DNA of 63,406 nucleotides, the filler included, from Licmophora abbreviata (lineage: Eukaryota): the NCBI GenBank assembly GCA_900291995.1. It is 9 parts of 9 records of this genome, joined end to end, with 100 filler letters (N's around TTAATTAATTAA, not from the genome) between each part and the next. Parts side by side here need not be neighbours in the genome. Positions count along the whole stretch, not along the records: positions 1 to 9,907 come from OLMU01004250.1; positions 10,008 to 30,376 come from OLMU01004251.1; 7 more parts are not named here. One strand, given 5' to 3'. The notes under the pieces are model-generated. The model did no database searches, was not told the origin of the DNA, and worked only from the letters and a program-made list of their open reading frames with translations. Position 1 is the first letter of the stretch, and each line of letters opens with the position of its first letter. The translations under genes were made by a program, and so were the position numbers. Below, piece by piece: positions 1 through 10,179 of the stretch.

Positions 1-1069
1 AAGGACGGAGCCCCCCACTGATCCGGACGCGGGTGGCGTTCCAGTGTACCCATCGATGCCGCCAGGGATGGCCCCTAACCAATCGATGGCTGCTAGTTTC
101 CTTACCGCTCAGACACGTGCTGCTCTGGCCATGGGGATTGGCCCTGGGTTCGCAATGCCGGGGCAGCTTCCTATGGGCTACGGAGCTCCTCATGGCTCAG
201 TAGAATCATTTTATCAAGGCCAAGGGCAGCTCGATGCGAGCGCCGTAGGCAACACGCTAGAGGAGAGTCGCGGCGGCGGGTCCAATGGCCAGCAACAAGA
301 CGACGTGTCGAAAGTGGAGGGCGAAGGATCCAAGGAGACAAGCGAAAGACCGGTCCCTGATGCAGCTTCTCAGGAAACACAGCCGCGTATGCCTGGTCCG
401 ACAGGGTTTTCGTCTCCTTCTCCACTTATGGCATCTATGCCTTGGCAGCAGATGATGGGGATGCCTCCGATGATGGGAGCGCTACCTTCATCACCTGGGG
501 GCTTTCCCAATGCAGCCTTTTTTGCGGCGTCGCAAGCTCAGATGGCTCGGGCCGCAGCGGGGTTTCCTCCCTTTATGGGGGCGGGCATGGGGTATCCCAT
601 GATGCCTGTCAGCAATGCCATCCCTCTGTCATTGACTATCGACGCGGAACATCTATCGGAATACCAAATTTTGATACGAAAGCAGCTTGAACTCTTTGAA
701 GCAACGCAAGACGATATTGAATCCAACATGCAGGGTCGAAAGAAGTCGATCAAAGTGGGACAGGTCGGGCTGCGCTGTCGTCATTGTGCTCACTCACCGC
801 TACGAAATCGGGGTCGTGGCGCTGTGTACTATCCAACTAGGCTCCAGGGGGTATATCAAGCGGCCCAAAACATGTCGAGCAGCCATTTGATTGACTCGTG
901 CAATGTAATTGATGACTCAATGAAGACAGAGATGAGGCGGCTGCGAGAGCGCCGTGACACCGCTAGCGGGGGAAAGCAGTACTGGGCTGACGGAGCGCGA
1001 GCGCTCGGGTTATACGAGACGGACGACGGGAGACTTCGTCTGCGTAGGGGCAATGAGTCTGCAACGTAA
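1..1069 (+). CDS. Met/Pro/Gly-rich protein with C-terminal CxxC...H...C domain (diatom-expanded family); 5' end probably outside window
   Basis: ORF 44..1069 has no strong start; motif GLRCRHC..GAVYYP..GVYQAAQNM..HL..C..GGKQYW..A..LG. Confidence 0.7.
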   Translation, partial: RTEPPTDPDAGGVPVYPSMPPGMAPNQSMAASFLTAQTRAALAMGIGPGFAMPGQLPMGYGAPHGSVESFYQGQGQLDASAVGNTLEESRGGGSNGQQQDDVSKVEGEGSKETSERPVPDAASQETQPRMPGPTGFSSPSPLMASMPWQQMMGMPPMMGALPSSPGGFPNAAFFAASQAQMARAAAGFPPFMGAGMGYPMMPVSNAIPLSLTIDAEHLSEYQILIRKQLELFEATQDDIESNMQGRKKSIKVGQVGLRCRHCAHSPLRNRGRGAVYYPTRLQGVYQAAQNMSSSHLIDSCNVIDDSMKTEMRRLRERRDTASGGKQYWADGARALGLYETDDGRLRLRRGNESAT

Positions 1070-1540
1070 AGAGATGAACCATGGTGTTTTTGTTAGAGTT
1101 TGGATTGGAGCAAGCGCAATGCTAGCTACTAGTATAGAGTGCCTTGCGTTATGATTATGGATTGCTCTTCTTGCCCTTTTGTAGCCCAAAGCTGGTTAGG
1201 CGCGGGTTTGATCTAAGACTAGGATGGGACAACCCATGTTCAAGAGTGGTGTGCTGAAATGACCAGCGTCATTCATGCCGGTACATGCAACAAAAATACG
1301 AGTAGAGCGTCTCGCGCAGGACCTTCAGAGGACAAGAAAGCATTCTGATTGCGCGACCGCGCGGCGCCGACGCGACGACGATACCTACGCGTAGACAAAT
1401 ACTCGTAGACTAACACTCGGAGTATCGTACGACGACGACGTTGTGGACACACAAAATCCCCATGCAGCAAGTCAACATGAGCCCACACCGGTGCCATTGA
1501 CGGAGTCCGGACGACCATTCAGAGCAAAATACAGATCCTC

Positions 1541-2413
1541 ATGACAACCACTCGAATCAGTCCTCAGCAAAAGCTTCTGAGTTTTTTGAAAACGAAATGC
1601 CCAGAATCCACCCAGGCTGAACGCACTCGGTTCTTGGCGGCCTATCCAGCCGGCAGGAACCACATACCTGAACACGCCGCACGGAAGCTCCAAGCCTATC
1701 TTGATTGGAGGGCCTGCATGTACGAACACATCGGGCCGTTAGAAGCTGGACAGGGGCAACAGAGCGGCGATGAAATCCATTGGCAGGAGGCAGTCCATGC
1801 TACTCGCGCCCACGCCGACCCTCGTCGACACCAGCGTCGTCTCCGTTCTGTGGGTAGGCGAAGACGAGCACCGAGAGGCAGCAACACAAGAATATCCCAG
1901 ATCGTACTGCAGCATACTGATAGCAGTGGATCTCCCATAAGATGCGAGAATGGAAATTTGTTGCTACACGTTCTGCCGGCTCGTGTCGATACGACCGTTG
2001 CGTCAATTGATGACTACGGCCAGGTGTTGTCCTTGTATTTAGATCAAAAGTTCGATCGGCACTCGATGGAACAATTTACGTTTTTGCTGGACGTTCGCCC
2101 GGGGGACGGCTGGGCCAACCCAAAAGCCTACAACATGATTCCGTTCATTCGCTCCGTCACACATGTCCTGCACACTCGCTTTCCCGGTCGACTGGAGCGA
2201 TGCGTCGTGTACCCGCTTCCACAAGCTGCCTTGTGGATCTGGGACCTGGCAAAGCCAATTCTAAACAATGAGATTGTCGCTAGTACGATTCTGGTGGGGG
2301 GATCTAGTGCTATGGAGGCAGCACCTCCGAACCAGGCGCTTGCAAACTTTGCGAGTGAATCCGTGCTGGAGCAAGTGGAAGATGCGAGACTGGCGGCCTT
2401 TCAAAAGCTGTAG
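1541..2413 (+). CDS. CRAL-TRIO (Sec14-like) lipid-binding protein
   Basis: RFLAA..A..KLQAYLDWR N-terminus; FTFLLDVR and LHTRFPGRLERCVVYPLP..W..AKPIL. Confidence 0.8.
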   Translation: MTTTRISPQQKLLSFLKTKCPESTQAERTRFLAAYPAGRNHIPEHAARKLQAYLDWRACMYEHIGPLEAGQGQQSGDEIHWQEAVHATRAHADPRRHQRRLRSVGRRRRAPRGSNTRISQIVLQHTDSSGSPIRCENGNLLLHVLPARVDTTVASIDDYGQVLSLYLDQKFDRHSMEQFTFLLDVRPGDGWANPKAYNMIPFIRSVTHVLHTRFPGRLERCVVYPLPQAALWIWDLAKPILNNEIVASTILVGGSSAMEAAPPNQALANFASESVLEQVEDARLAAFQKL

Positions 2414-2654
2414 CGGCTTTGATGACGAATCCGCCACGTTGGAATGTTTGAAATGGGTTTCGAGGATTGAATTCACTCTGGAGACATCATGGGCTGAGAT
2501 TCTTATCTCAGTGGGGCAGCACTGTTGACTGTTCTAGTCGTGGCAATCGCCAACTCTGTCTCAGCCGGCCGTCTCTTTTGTTCACTCCTAACCACCATTA
2601 CTACTAAAATGCGGCTAGAGTTGAGTTTTGCGCTTTAGTTACTGTTATTGCCGT

Positions 2655-3143
2655 TTACACGAGATCGCTAAAGGGCAATGGCTGGATCGTGGTGATTTCA
2701 GCGCCATCGCCAGGCGACTCCAAAAAGTATCCCTCCTTAGGAAGCTTGGGGGTACGCTTGAGATTCACTTGGACTCCCGTACTACGGGCGTTTTCCTTGG
2801 CTGCTTCGTTCTCCTTCTTACGTCGCAAAATCTCCGCTTGGCACTTGGACGGACGAACGTGCTCAATACGAACATGAATACGCTTTTCGATAATGCGTCC
2901 ATTGACAAACTTGTTGACACGCAGACCGACAGCTGACTTGGTCACGTTGAAGACGATTCCCGTTCGTCCGTGGTAGAACTTGTGGGGCATACCCTTGTGG
3001 ATCGAAGGATCGGCAAAGATGTCAACGTAGTCCCCGACCTTGACCTTCATGAGGTACTGGGAAAGGTGAATGGGACCCTTCTGCCGAAATTTCTTGGCAA
3101 ACATGTGGCGCGTACGCGCCCGAATTCCGTACGAGTGCGGCAT
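2655..3143 (-). CDS. RPL21: 60S ribosomal protein L21 (eL21)
   Basis: [44 protein letters not shown]. Confidence 0.97.
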   Translation of the reverse strand: MPHSYGIRARTRHMFAKKFRQKGPIHLSQYLMKVKVGDYVDIFADPSIHKGMPHKFYHGRTGIVFNVTKSAVGLRVNKFVNGRIIEKRIHVRIEHVRPSKCQAEILRRKKENEAAKENARSTGVQVNLKRTPKLPKEGYFLESPGDGAEITTIQPLPFSDLV

Positions 3144-4042
3144 GGTGACTAGTTAGAAGAAAGAGTAATACCTGATAAGAAATAGACAAAAAAAGCACGT
3201 GAGCATTGATCGATCATTCGTTCGTTCCTGGCTAGAAAACGGAAAAAAGCTCTCCACAGAGTTCATAGAGCTGCCACGACGAAACCTACGACACCACTAG
3301 CAGATCCATTGCTTGCGCTTCAGGCAATTCCACCAGTTCCTCCGCTTGCCGGGCACTGCTCATCGACAGTAGCATATGCTGAAAGGCTAGCATGCCGCAG
3401 TGTCTGTCCATCGCATCATCCATTGAACGCATCATGGTGACTCCAACAAAGGGCCACTGCCAGTTCGTCTAGACCCTCATCTCCTCGGCTGCTTCCATTT
3501 TATTCCATGTTCTCCATCACGTCCATAATCTATCCCAGAAGTCCGCTGCAAACTCATCGAAAGCCCATGGTCGACACGCAACACACACCTCCAGACCACC
3601 GGCAACACAGTGTGGGGGGTGGAGAGAGGGCTTGAGCTCCCGTAGAAATAGTACTGATGTTGTACGTGGCTCGCCCAAGTAAGAGGTAACTTTGAATATC
3701 CGGGTTTTCTATATGTCTGTCTGACATTGTGGCTGATCACCCAATCATTGATGGTGACCGTCTCAGATTAGCGATTGGTGACGCTCTCGGCAGCGGACAT
3801 GGACCACCGTCCATCCGCGACGACGATGGCGATGACCGCATTCGATCTGTCTCCATTGCTCGACTCTGTGGGATCGTTGCGACGTTGAGACTTACCAACA
3901 TCCGTTGCGAGCGGAAGACTTTATTTCTGAATTTCAGGCTTCGTTCTGCCGAAGCGAGGGAAGCCCGCAGTTTTCTCAGTCTGGATAGGACAGATCATTC
4001 CAAATTTGGCTTGATTCGTTTTTCCTCCGGACCCGGTCAACC

Positions 4043-6056
4043 ATGTCGACTCGAGAGTATCACTCGGCTTCGGCTGGCTATTATAATGCCGCATTTGTCG
4101 AAGCCTCGCAGGGAGAACCTTGGAAAGTACTTACAGCCTCGCAAAAGACTGATTCGTCTCTTCCCTGTGTAGTTATGGAACCCGAGTCGGTGGTTCGCGT
4201 CAATCCGATGCAGCGTCAGTGCGGTGGATGGGACGAACGACATTTTCACCCACACTTGCGCCTGCCTCTGGAATGTTCCGTTGGACTAGGAATGACGGTG
4301 ACGCTGCAGAGCATGGCTCGAGAATGTGTGACAGTTGCGCTGTCTCCCGATGCGTCCTTTCAGATGGGCAAGACGTACGTGGTGCACTTTGGGGCATCGG
4401 GAAATGTCAACACGGTACTTCGAAGGAGACTGCCAAATGGAATAGACGCAATTGATGCCAGTATTCCCAGTCGTGTGTGTCGTGAGAATGAGTGGGTGGA
4501 CTACTGGGTCTGTCTGACGAGTTCAGGCAAGCTCTATGCGGGCATTGGCAAACAGGTTGGACAAAACTGCATTGGCCTATTGGACGATTCCCTGTACAAT
4601 CAATTGCGATCGGGAGTCGATGCAGTACGCTATGTTGGAGTGGGTAACTCAGCCCTGGGACGAAATGCGCGACCTCTCAAGGTCAGGGATGCCTGCGTCA
4701 CGACCGTCCCATCGCACTTGGCCGACTCTCTGGCTGGCCTCCCGTCTGAGCTGCCACTAGTCACCCTTGACGAGTCTGAGGAAGATGGCGAAGAAATGAA
4801 GGCTCTCATGGAAGAATACCAAAAAGAGTGCCAAAAGAACAAGGCTAGGGCTTCAAAGTTTGGTATACCTTACAAGGAGCCATCGCCACAGGCATTTCTG
4901 CTCTGGAGCCAAGCGCGCAAGCTGCGGGCCAATCCTGAAAAGGGTTTTATCACGGGCATGGATATAACCTCGCCCGAAGAGATCGCCAAGAAGGAAGCCC
5001 GCAAGGCGCGGTTTGAATTGGAGGATAGTGCAGCGAAGCGAAAGACTGACGAAGAAGGTGGCGAGATTGACGCGGACGCAATGGAAGAAGAGAAAGAGCC
5101 TCTGCCTGTGGAGCAGGCGTGGGACAACGAGGCGTTGGTACGAGAGCATCGCAAGGATCCTGCAGACCATCTGTGGGTGAGCCCGCCACCGGCTGTAGAT
5201 GACCGTGAAGAGAAGGACGAATACGCGATGGGGGGCGCCTTGCCTGTTGTGGTTTTGCCAGAGAAGGTCCACATCTGCAGTACTGATTGGGCAGCGTTCA
5301 AGCAGGTCCGAACTGACGATATCATGGTACGTGCTGTTTGCAGATTGATTGTCAACTTCTTTTTCTGCCTTTTTCTCATGAAAGATTTCTTGTCCTCGTT
5401 TGACGCATCAGGCGTATTTTCGTGACTATGGGCCTTCGTATGTGGAGTGGCTTGGTGAGCTGTCTTGCAACGTGTTGTTTGAAGACAAGTTCTCTGCCGC
5501 TCGAGCCTTGGACAACCTATCACAGCAAATCCCATCGCCCCCTCCCCCCGAAGTCGCACCGGAACCCGCAGAAGGGGAAGACAAGATCGACCCACCGGAC
5601 TTTGGCAACATGGGGTGGCGATTTTGTCTGCAGCCCGTGCGCAAACTGACTAACGATCGCTACGGGCGCCGCGGCACCACGGCACGCCTGTTGATGCGTG
5701 TTGCTACCTCGGATGATGTCTTGGTAGAACGACCCACTTCATGGCCTGTACCACCGCCAGGGTTCTCCACCAAGCGAGTGTTGGGTCCCGGCAGTGACTT
5801 TGATACCAACCCGCGAAAGAAGAAACGCCGTCGCAAGGAGCGCAATTCGTCGTCCGGTCATTCGTCGTATGACTTTGCTGACACGGATGAGCATCCCGCC
5901 ATGGAACGGGGACTTCGGTCGGGACGAGCCGGGTTCTCGGTGGAGTCACTTGAAGCAGAACGGGCAAGGAAGCGAGAAATGGAACAGACGGCCATGGGCG
6001 GTGAAGGGGACGATGCTGCTGGCAAGGAATCTACTAATATGGTCGAGGAAGACTAA
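4043..6056 (+). CDS. NCBP3-like protein with N-terminal farnesoic acid O-methyltransferase-like domain; exons 4043-5326, 5412-6056
   Basis: GTACGT...CATCAG intron joins TDDIM|AYFRDYGPSYVEWLGELSCNVLF, resembling the NCBP3/DUF2414 RRM-like core. Confidence 0.7.
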
Positions 6057-6135
6057 AGTCTAATCAAATGCAACATACACTCTCCATGGTGTACACGTAT
6101 GAAGCTATGCCTGTTTGACTTCTCTGTCAAACTCT

Positions 6136-7767
6136 CTAGAGCTCGGGGCCCACATCCAGGGCGCCGAGACTCTGCAAGTATGCGGCCGCAGGGTGTTGAT
6201 AGCCGAGCGACTTGGCTAAGTGCAGCGGTGTCGCTCCCTTTCCATTGTTGGCTCGTGCGTTCATGTCCGCGCCATGCTTTTGAATGAGAAAGTTCAGAAC
6301 GTCCTTGTGGCCACTTCTTGCGGCTTCATGAATCGGGAGCCAAGAGTTCTTATCCTTCGCGTGTAGGAGCTTGCGGTTCTCCTTGGCGACTGCTTTGAGG
6401 CTATCAAGGTCACCATGAGCTGCAGCCATATGCGCACGAGGGGTATCTACATGAGCTGCCGATGGCGAAGGATTCGTCTTCCATCCACCTGGGTTACGCC
6501 TTCTCCAATTGGCCTCTTCTTCGCTGCCTTGAAGAATGTAGGGAGGGAAATCTTCATCGAAGTGCTCTTCGATGTCATCGCGGTACAGTGGGCGGCCAGT
6601 GGGCTCAAAATGAATAAAGATGTTGGCGTAGTAACGACCCTTCAACGCAAATGGGCGCCCATGAATGAGCGAGTGTGATTCATATAGGACCATATCTCCG
6701 GGCTCCATTGTGACATTCACTGCATTCCCCTGCCTATCGTAGACTTCTAGCGGCCTGCAAGCAAGCAAAGTACAAAACAACATGAGCGAGAGTGATTTCA
6801 ATACACTTAAACCACATCGACAGCTGTCATAGGCAGTCGACTTTGAGCTACCACGTACCAAGGCTCGTCTACATCTTGTGCAACATTGACAATGCAAGAG
6901 GAAATTAACGGAATGCGGTCCACATGTGGGTTGAGGATAGCTCCTTCCGTGTAGACACGAATACCGTACATGGACGTTGTCTGGAGTTCCATTCCAGTCC
7001 ATTCTTCGATGGTTTCTTTGGCCGCGTCCCAGATGGATTCTTTGAGGTTGCTTCCTCCTCCACGAAGGCCAGAGTCTTCTACGGAAACCATGTACGTCGG
7101 GGATTCCCAGTGATTGACTGAATGGAGCAGGCGACATTCGTGTGAGTCTATATTTGGGCGCATGAAAACTCGTCGAAATGTAAACAACATAAGCAGTACT
7201 CACCGTAGATGTTTCCGCTCGTCCATCGTTCCTCCTTTCGCTTGTCCTTGTTGCGGTTCCAGTATTCTGTGAGCTGTTTACGCAACTTTTCGGGTGCCTT
7301 GATCTTCATAAAGCCTGTCGAAGTATAGTTCTGAAAAACAGAGAGAAGAAAGTAAAGTAGGGTGAGTTGTACATCCATTGGGAAAGTTCTCTGTGTGACA
7401 CTGTGCGGATTGTCTGGTCCCTTCTATAGATATGGTCGCAACTTACAAATACGGACGCAGTTTGACGAACGGTCATGGCAATGCGCTCCTGTTCTGTTAA
7501 ATCGCATCGATCGCCTTTGCTCCCGTAGTAGTCACGACAGCCCTGCATGAAATCCTGATAGGCCTCACGGCGGTTTGCGAGAAACTCAGGCGATGCGTCG
7601 TAGTTGTTGCCATCGTCGGGGCCATAGTCTCCTGTCCAGGCATGATGGGTAGGGAAGGAGACATCACCGCCGTAGGAGGAGTCCGGCTCAGATCCTGCGG
7701 CGAGCGTAGTGCCGACGCCGACTGTGGCCAGAATAGCAGCTATGAGGGAAAGGGTACGGATCTCCAT
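6136..7767 (-). CDS. Secretory-pathway 2OG-Fe(II) oxygenase (prolyl hydroxylase-like) with C-terminal ankyrin repeats; exons 7767-7447, 7330-7204, 7117-6859, 6754-6136
   Basis: Signal peptide; YGIRVY..PHVD (HxD), IHGRP, ANIFIHF; ankyrin PIHEAARSGH and TPLHLA; C-terminal PEL; three GT-AG introns restore frame. Confidence 0.8.
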
Positions 7768-7987
7768 CGTGTTGCCGTTGGGAAATCAGAATTTGTGATG
7801 AGTGAGAACGGAGACATCATGTTTTCAGTTCGCATTTGTGGTTCAATTCGGCTTCGGATTGATGGCCATGCTCGTGATTGGAATGATGTCTACATGGCCA
7901 GAGTCCTTCAAATTAATGTATTGTATCAAGCTATTTATACGATTTAATGAGGGTCATGAGACAATTAGCAATTACCCTACCAACTTG

Positions 7988-8036
7988 GCTCGACTGACTC
8001 GACTCGACTCGGCTCGACTCGACTGAGTGAGTCGAG
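7988..8036. repeat. Imperfect (ACTCG)n pentamer array ending in an inverted copy
   Basis: gctcgactgactcgactcgactcggctcgactcgactgagtgagtcgag. Confidence 0.85.
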
Positions 8037-8369
8037 CATTGATTCACGCAACAGTTTTGATTGCATTTTGACTGCGTGAGGGTACATGATCATAGTGGGA
8101 AGGTTTAGTCTACTCGTAGGCACTAGTACATCACCACAGTCGCCTAGAGCTCTGGCTGTTATGCAGTTGTAATCTCACCAACCGAAAGATGATATAAACC
8201 CGTTGCAGTGATAAGTTCATAAGGATGATATGTCGATACCCATCCGAAACGACCGATTGGGTGGGCTTTCATTCAGTGTTGAGGTGTTAAGATCGCTAGT
8301 AAGAAAGATACATATGCTGGATTGTGGTAGCTACAGCTGTCATAGGATAGCATCGCTTGTAATAGCTCA

Positions 8370-9802
8370 TCAATTCATCTCCAAGGTCATAGTATACTGG
8401 GTGATGAAGAATATTGACGCAATGCCCGACAGTAGAGCTCCAAATTTCTTCCACTTGTGTTCCGAGTGCTCCCATTCCTCGGGAATAACCTCCGTGGCAC
8501 CTACATAGACAAAGGTGCCCGCCACGACAGCCAACATAATGGCGTCAACGATGGGGGCCGCGAATTCGTTCACTGCCATTCCCAGCGCTACACCCAAAGG
8601 ACCCATGGCGCTAAAGATCGATAAGAACTGAATGATTTGGCTTTTTGGCATTCCAGACTTGAGAAATGCAACCAACAGCGCAATCGATTCAGCGGGCTGT
8701 GAAGGGTACCATGTGCAAAAGATGTATCAAAAAGACGCAGTGTGAGCTCTGCTACTTCGAAAGATATTCACATTTCATGAACTTGCCCGCAAGACGAACG
8801 ACGTACCTGATGCAACGAGATGGAGAGAGTCAACAGAGCACAGTCGCCGAAGGAATCAGCGAGACCAAGAGCCATCATTTCCAAAATACTGTGAATTCCC
8901 AAGGCAGCAAGTAGAATGACTGCACTTCTCCCGCCGCTTGCCAGAGCGTCATGTCCATTTGCAGCACCGTGATTATTCTTGATTTCGTTGTTGTCGCCGT
9001 CTTCCATTTCATTCAATATATCATGGGTATCGAAAGCAACCTTTTCGACAAAGAAAATAAGGAGGTAGCCCCCTAGTACTATCATGAAGGGCGTTACTTC
9101 GTTGTAGCCTTCAAAGCCATGAACGCATTCCGGAATTAAGTGTCCAAAGGCTAGCGACAAGAAGACGCCACCTGAAAAAGCATTTGCAATCGACAGTGCC
9201 AACTTGTTGTCGCTGATCTTCTTCATTCTCAATGGAATCAACCAACATAACACATTCAAAGCCGTAAGGAAGGCTTGAAAGATTACTTTCCAGCCATTCA
9301 AAGGAATCCCATATGGCAAAACCTGACTGTGTGAAGACGCGCCGTCGACAATCTTTTCGACGACTTGTTCCGCCGCACTAAGATGTACGCTCCCGCCGCG
9401 TGGTATACGATGCGCACACATTCGTTCCACATTCGACTCCTCCATACAACTAGAGCATTCCATACAGCACTCTTCCTTTGATTTCCGTGTCGATGTACGC
9501 TTGGCCAGCCGTGCACGAGGAAACAGTTTCGCCGGCGGAGGCAAGGGCGATGGCTGTTCGGAACTACTGCAAGAGGAGGATGAGTCGACTCCTTGTTGTT
9601 GACATTCTTCAGCCGCGTCTTGCGGAAAGGCTCGTTTTGAAAAATCGCCTTGGGGATATCTGTTATGCTGCTGCTTGGACGACGAGCCCTGCTGCTGGTA
9701 GGTACTCCAAAAAGTCACCGCGTTGGCCAGGCTGACACTTTCGGCCAAGAAGAGCAGACAGAGCGTCCAGAGCCCGTGATTCTGTCGTTTCGAAACACTC
9801 AT
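8370..9802 (-). CDS. ZIP family metal transporter; exons ~9802-8807, 8696-8370
   Basis: NAFSGGVFLSLAFGHLIPE, ALGIHSILE, spliced LHQ|PAE, AGTFVYVG..EVIPEE; start codon uncertain. Confidence 0.88.
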
Positions 9803-9907
9803 GGAGTCCAATGATGAATAGCAGGTAGAAATAACTCGTCAATGGAGATAGGGGACGAACAACGGTGCAAGAGCAGCAACGGCGCCGAAACTGATGCTCT
9901 TTCAAAC

Positions 9908-10007
9908 NNNNNNNNNNNNNNNNNNNNNNNNNNNNNNNNNNNNNNNNNNNNTTAATTAATTAANNNNNNNNNNNNNNNNNNNNNNNNNNNNNNNNNNNNN
10001 NNNNNNN
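9908..10007. other. Artificial 100-nt contig-joining spacer
   Basis: N44-TTAATTAATTAA-N44; identical spacers at 30377, 39336, 44996, 52881, 55329, 57535 and 61921. Confidence 0.97.
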
Positions 10008-10179
10008 GAGGGAAGACATTGAATAACCTTCCAATTCTTTCACGCGACGAGACGCGAGAAAGCGGCGACGACGACCGTAATGGCAATGATCGCCTGGCTG
10101 GGGCAGTGAAGTTGAATGCCGTCGATGCACTCGTTCAGCTGAACCTCAATCTAGAACGACAACAAAATTAGGCACACAC

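Noticed and set aside
9908..10007. Repeated TTAATTAATTAA palindrome within N runs (8 copies)
   Set aside because: Fixed 100-nt synthetic spacer with stops in all frames; an assembly artefact, not a biological repeat
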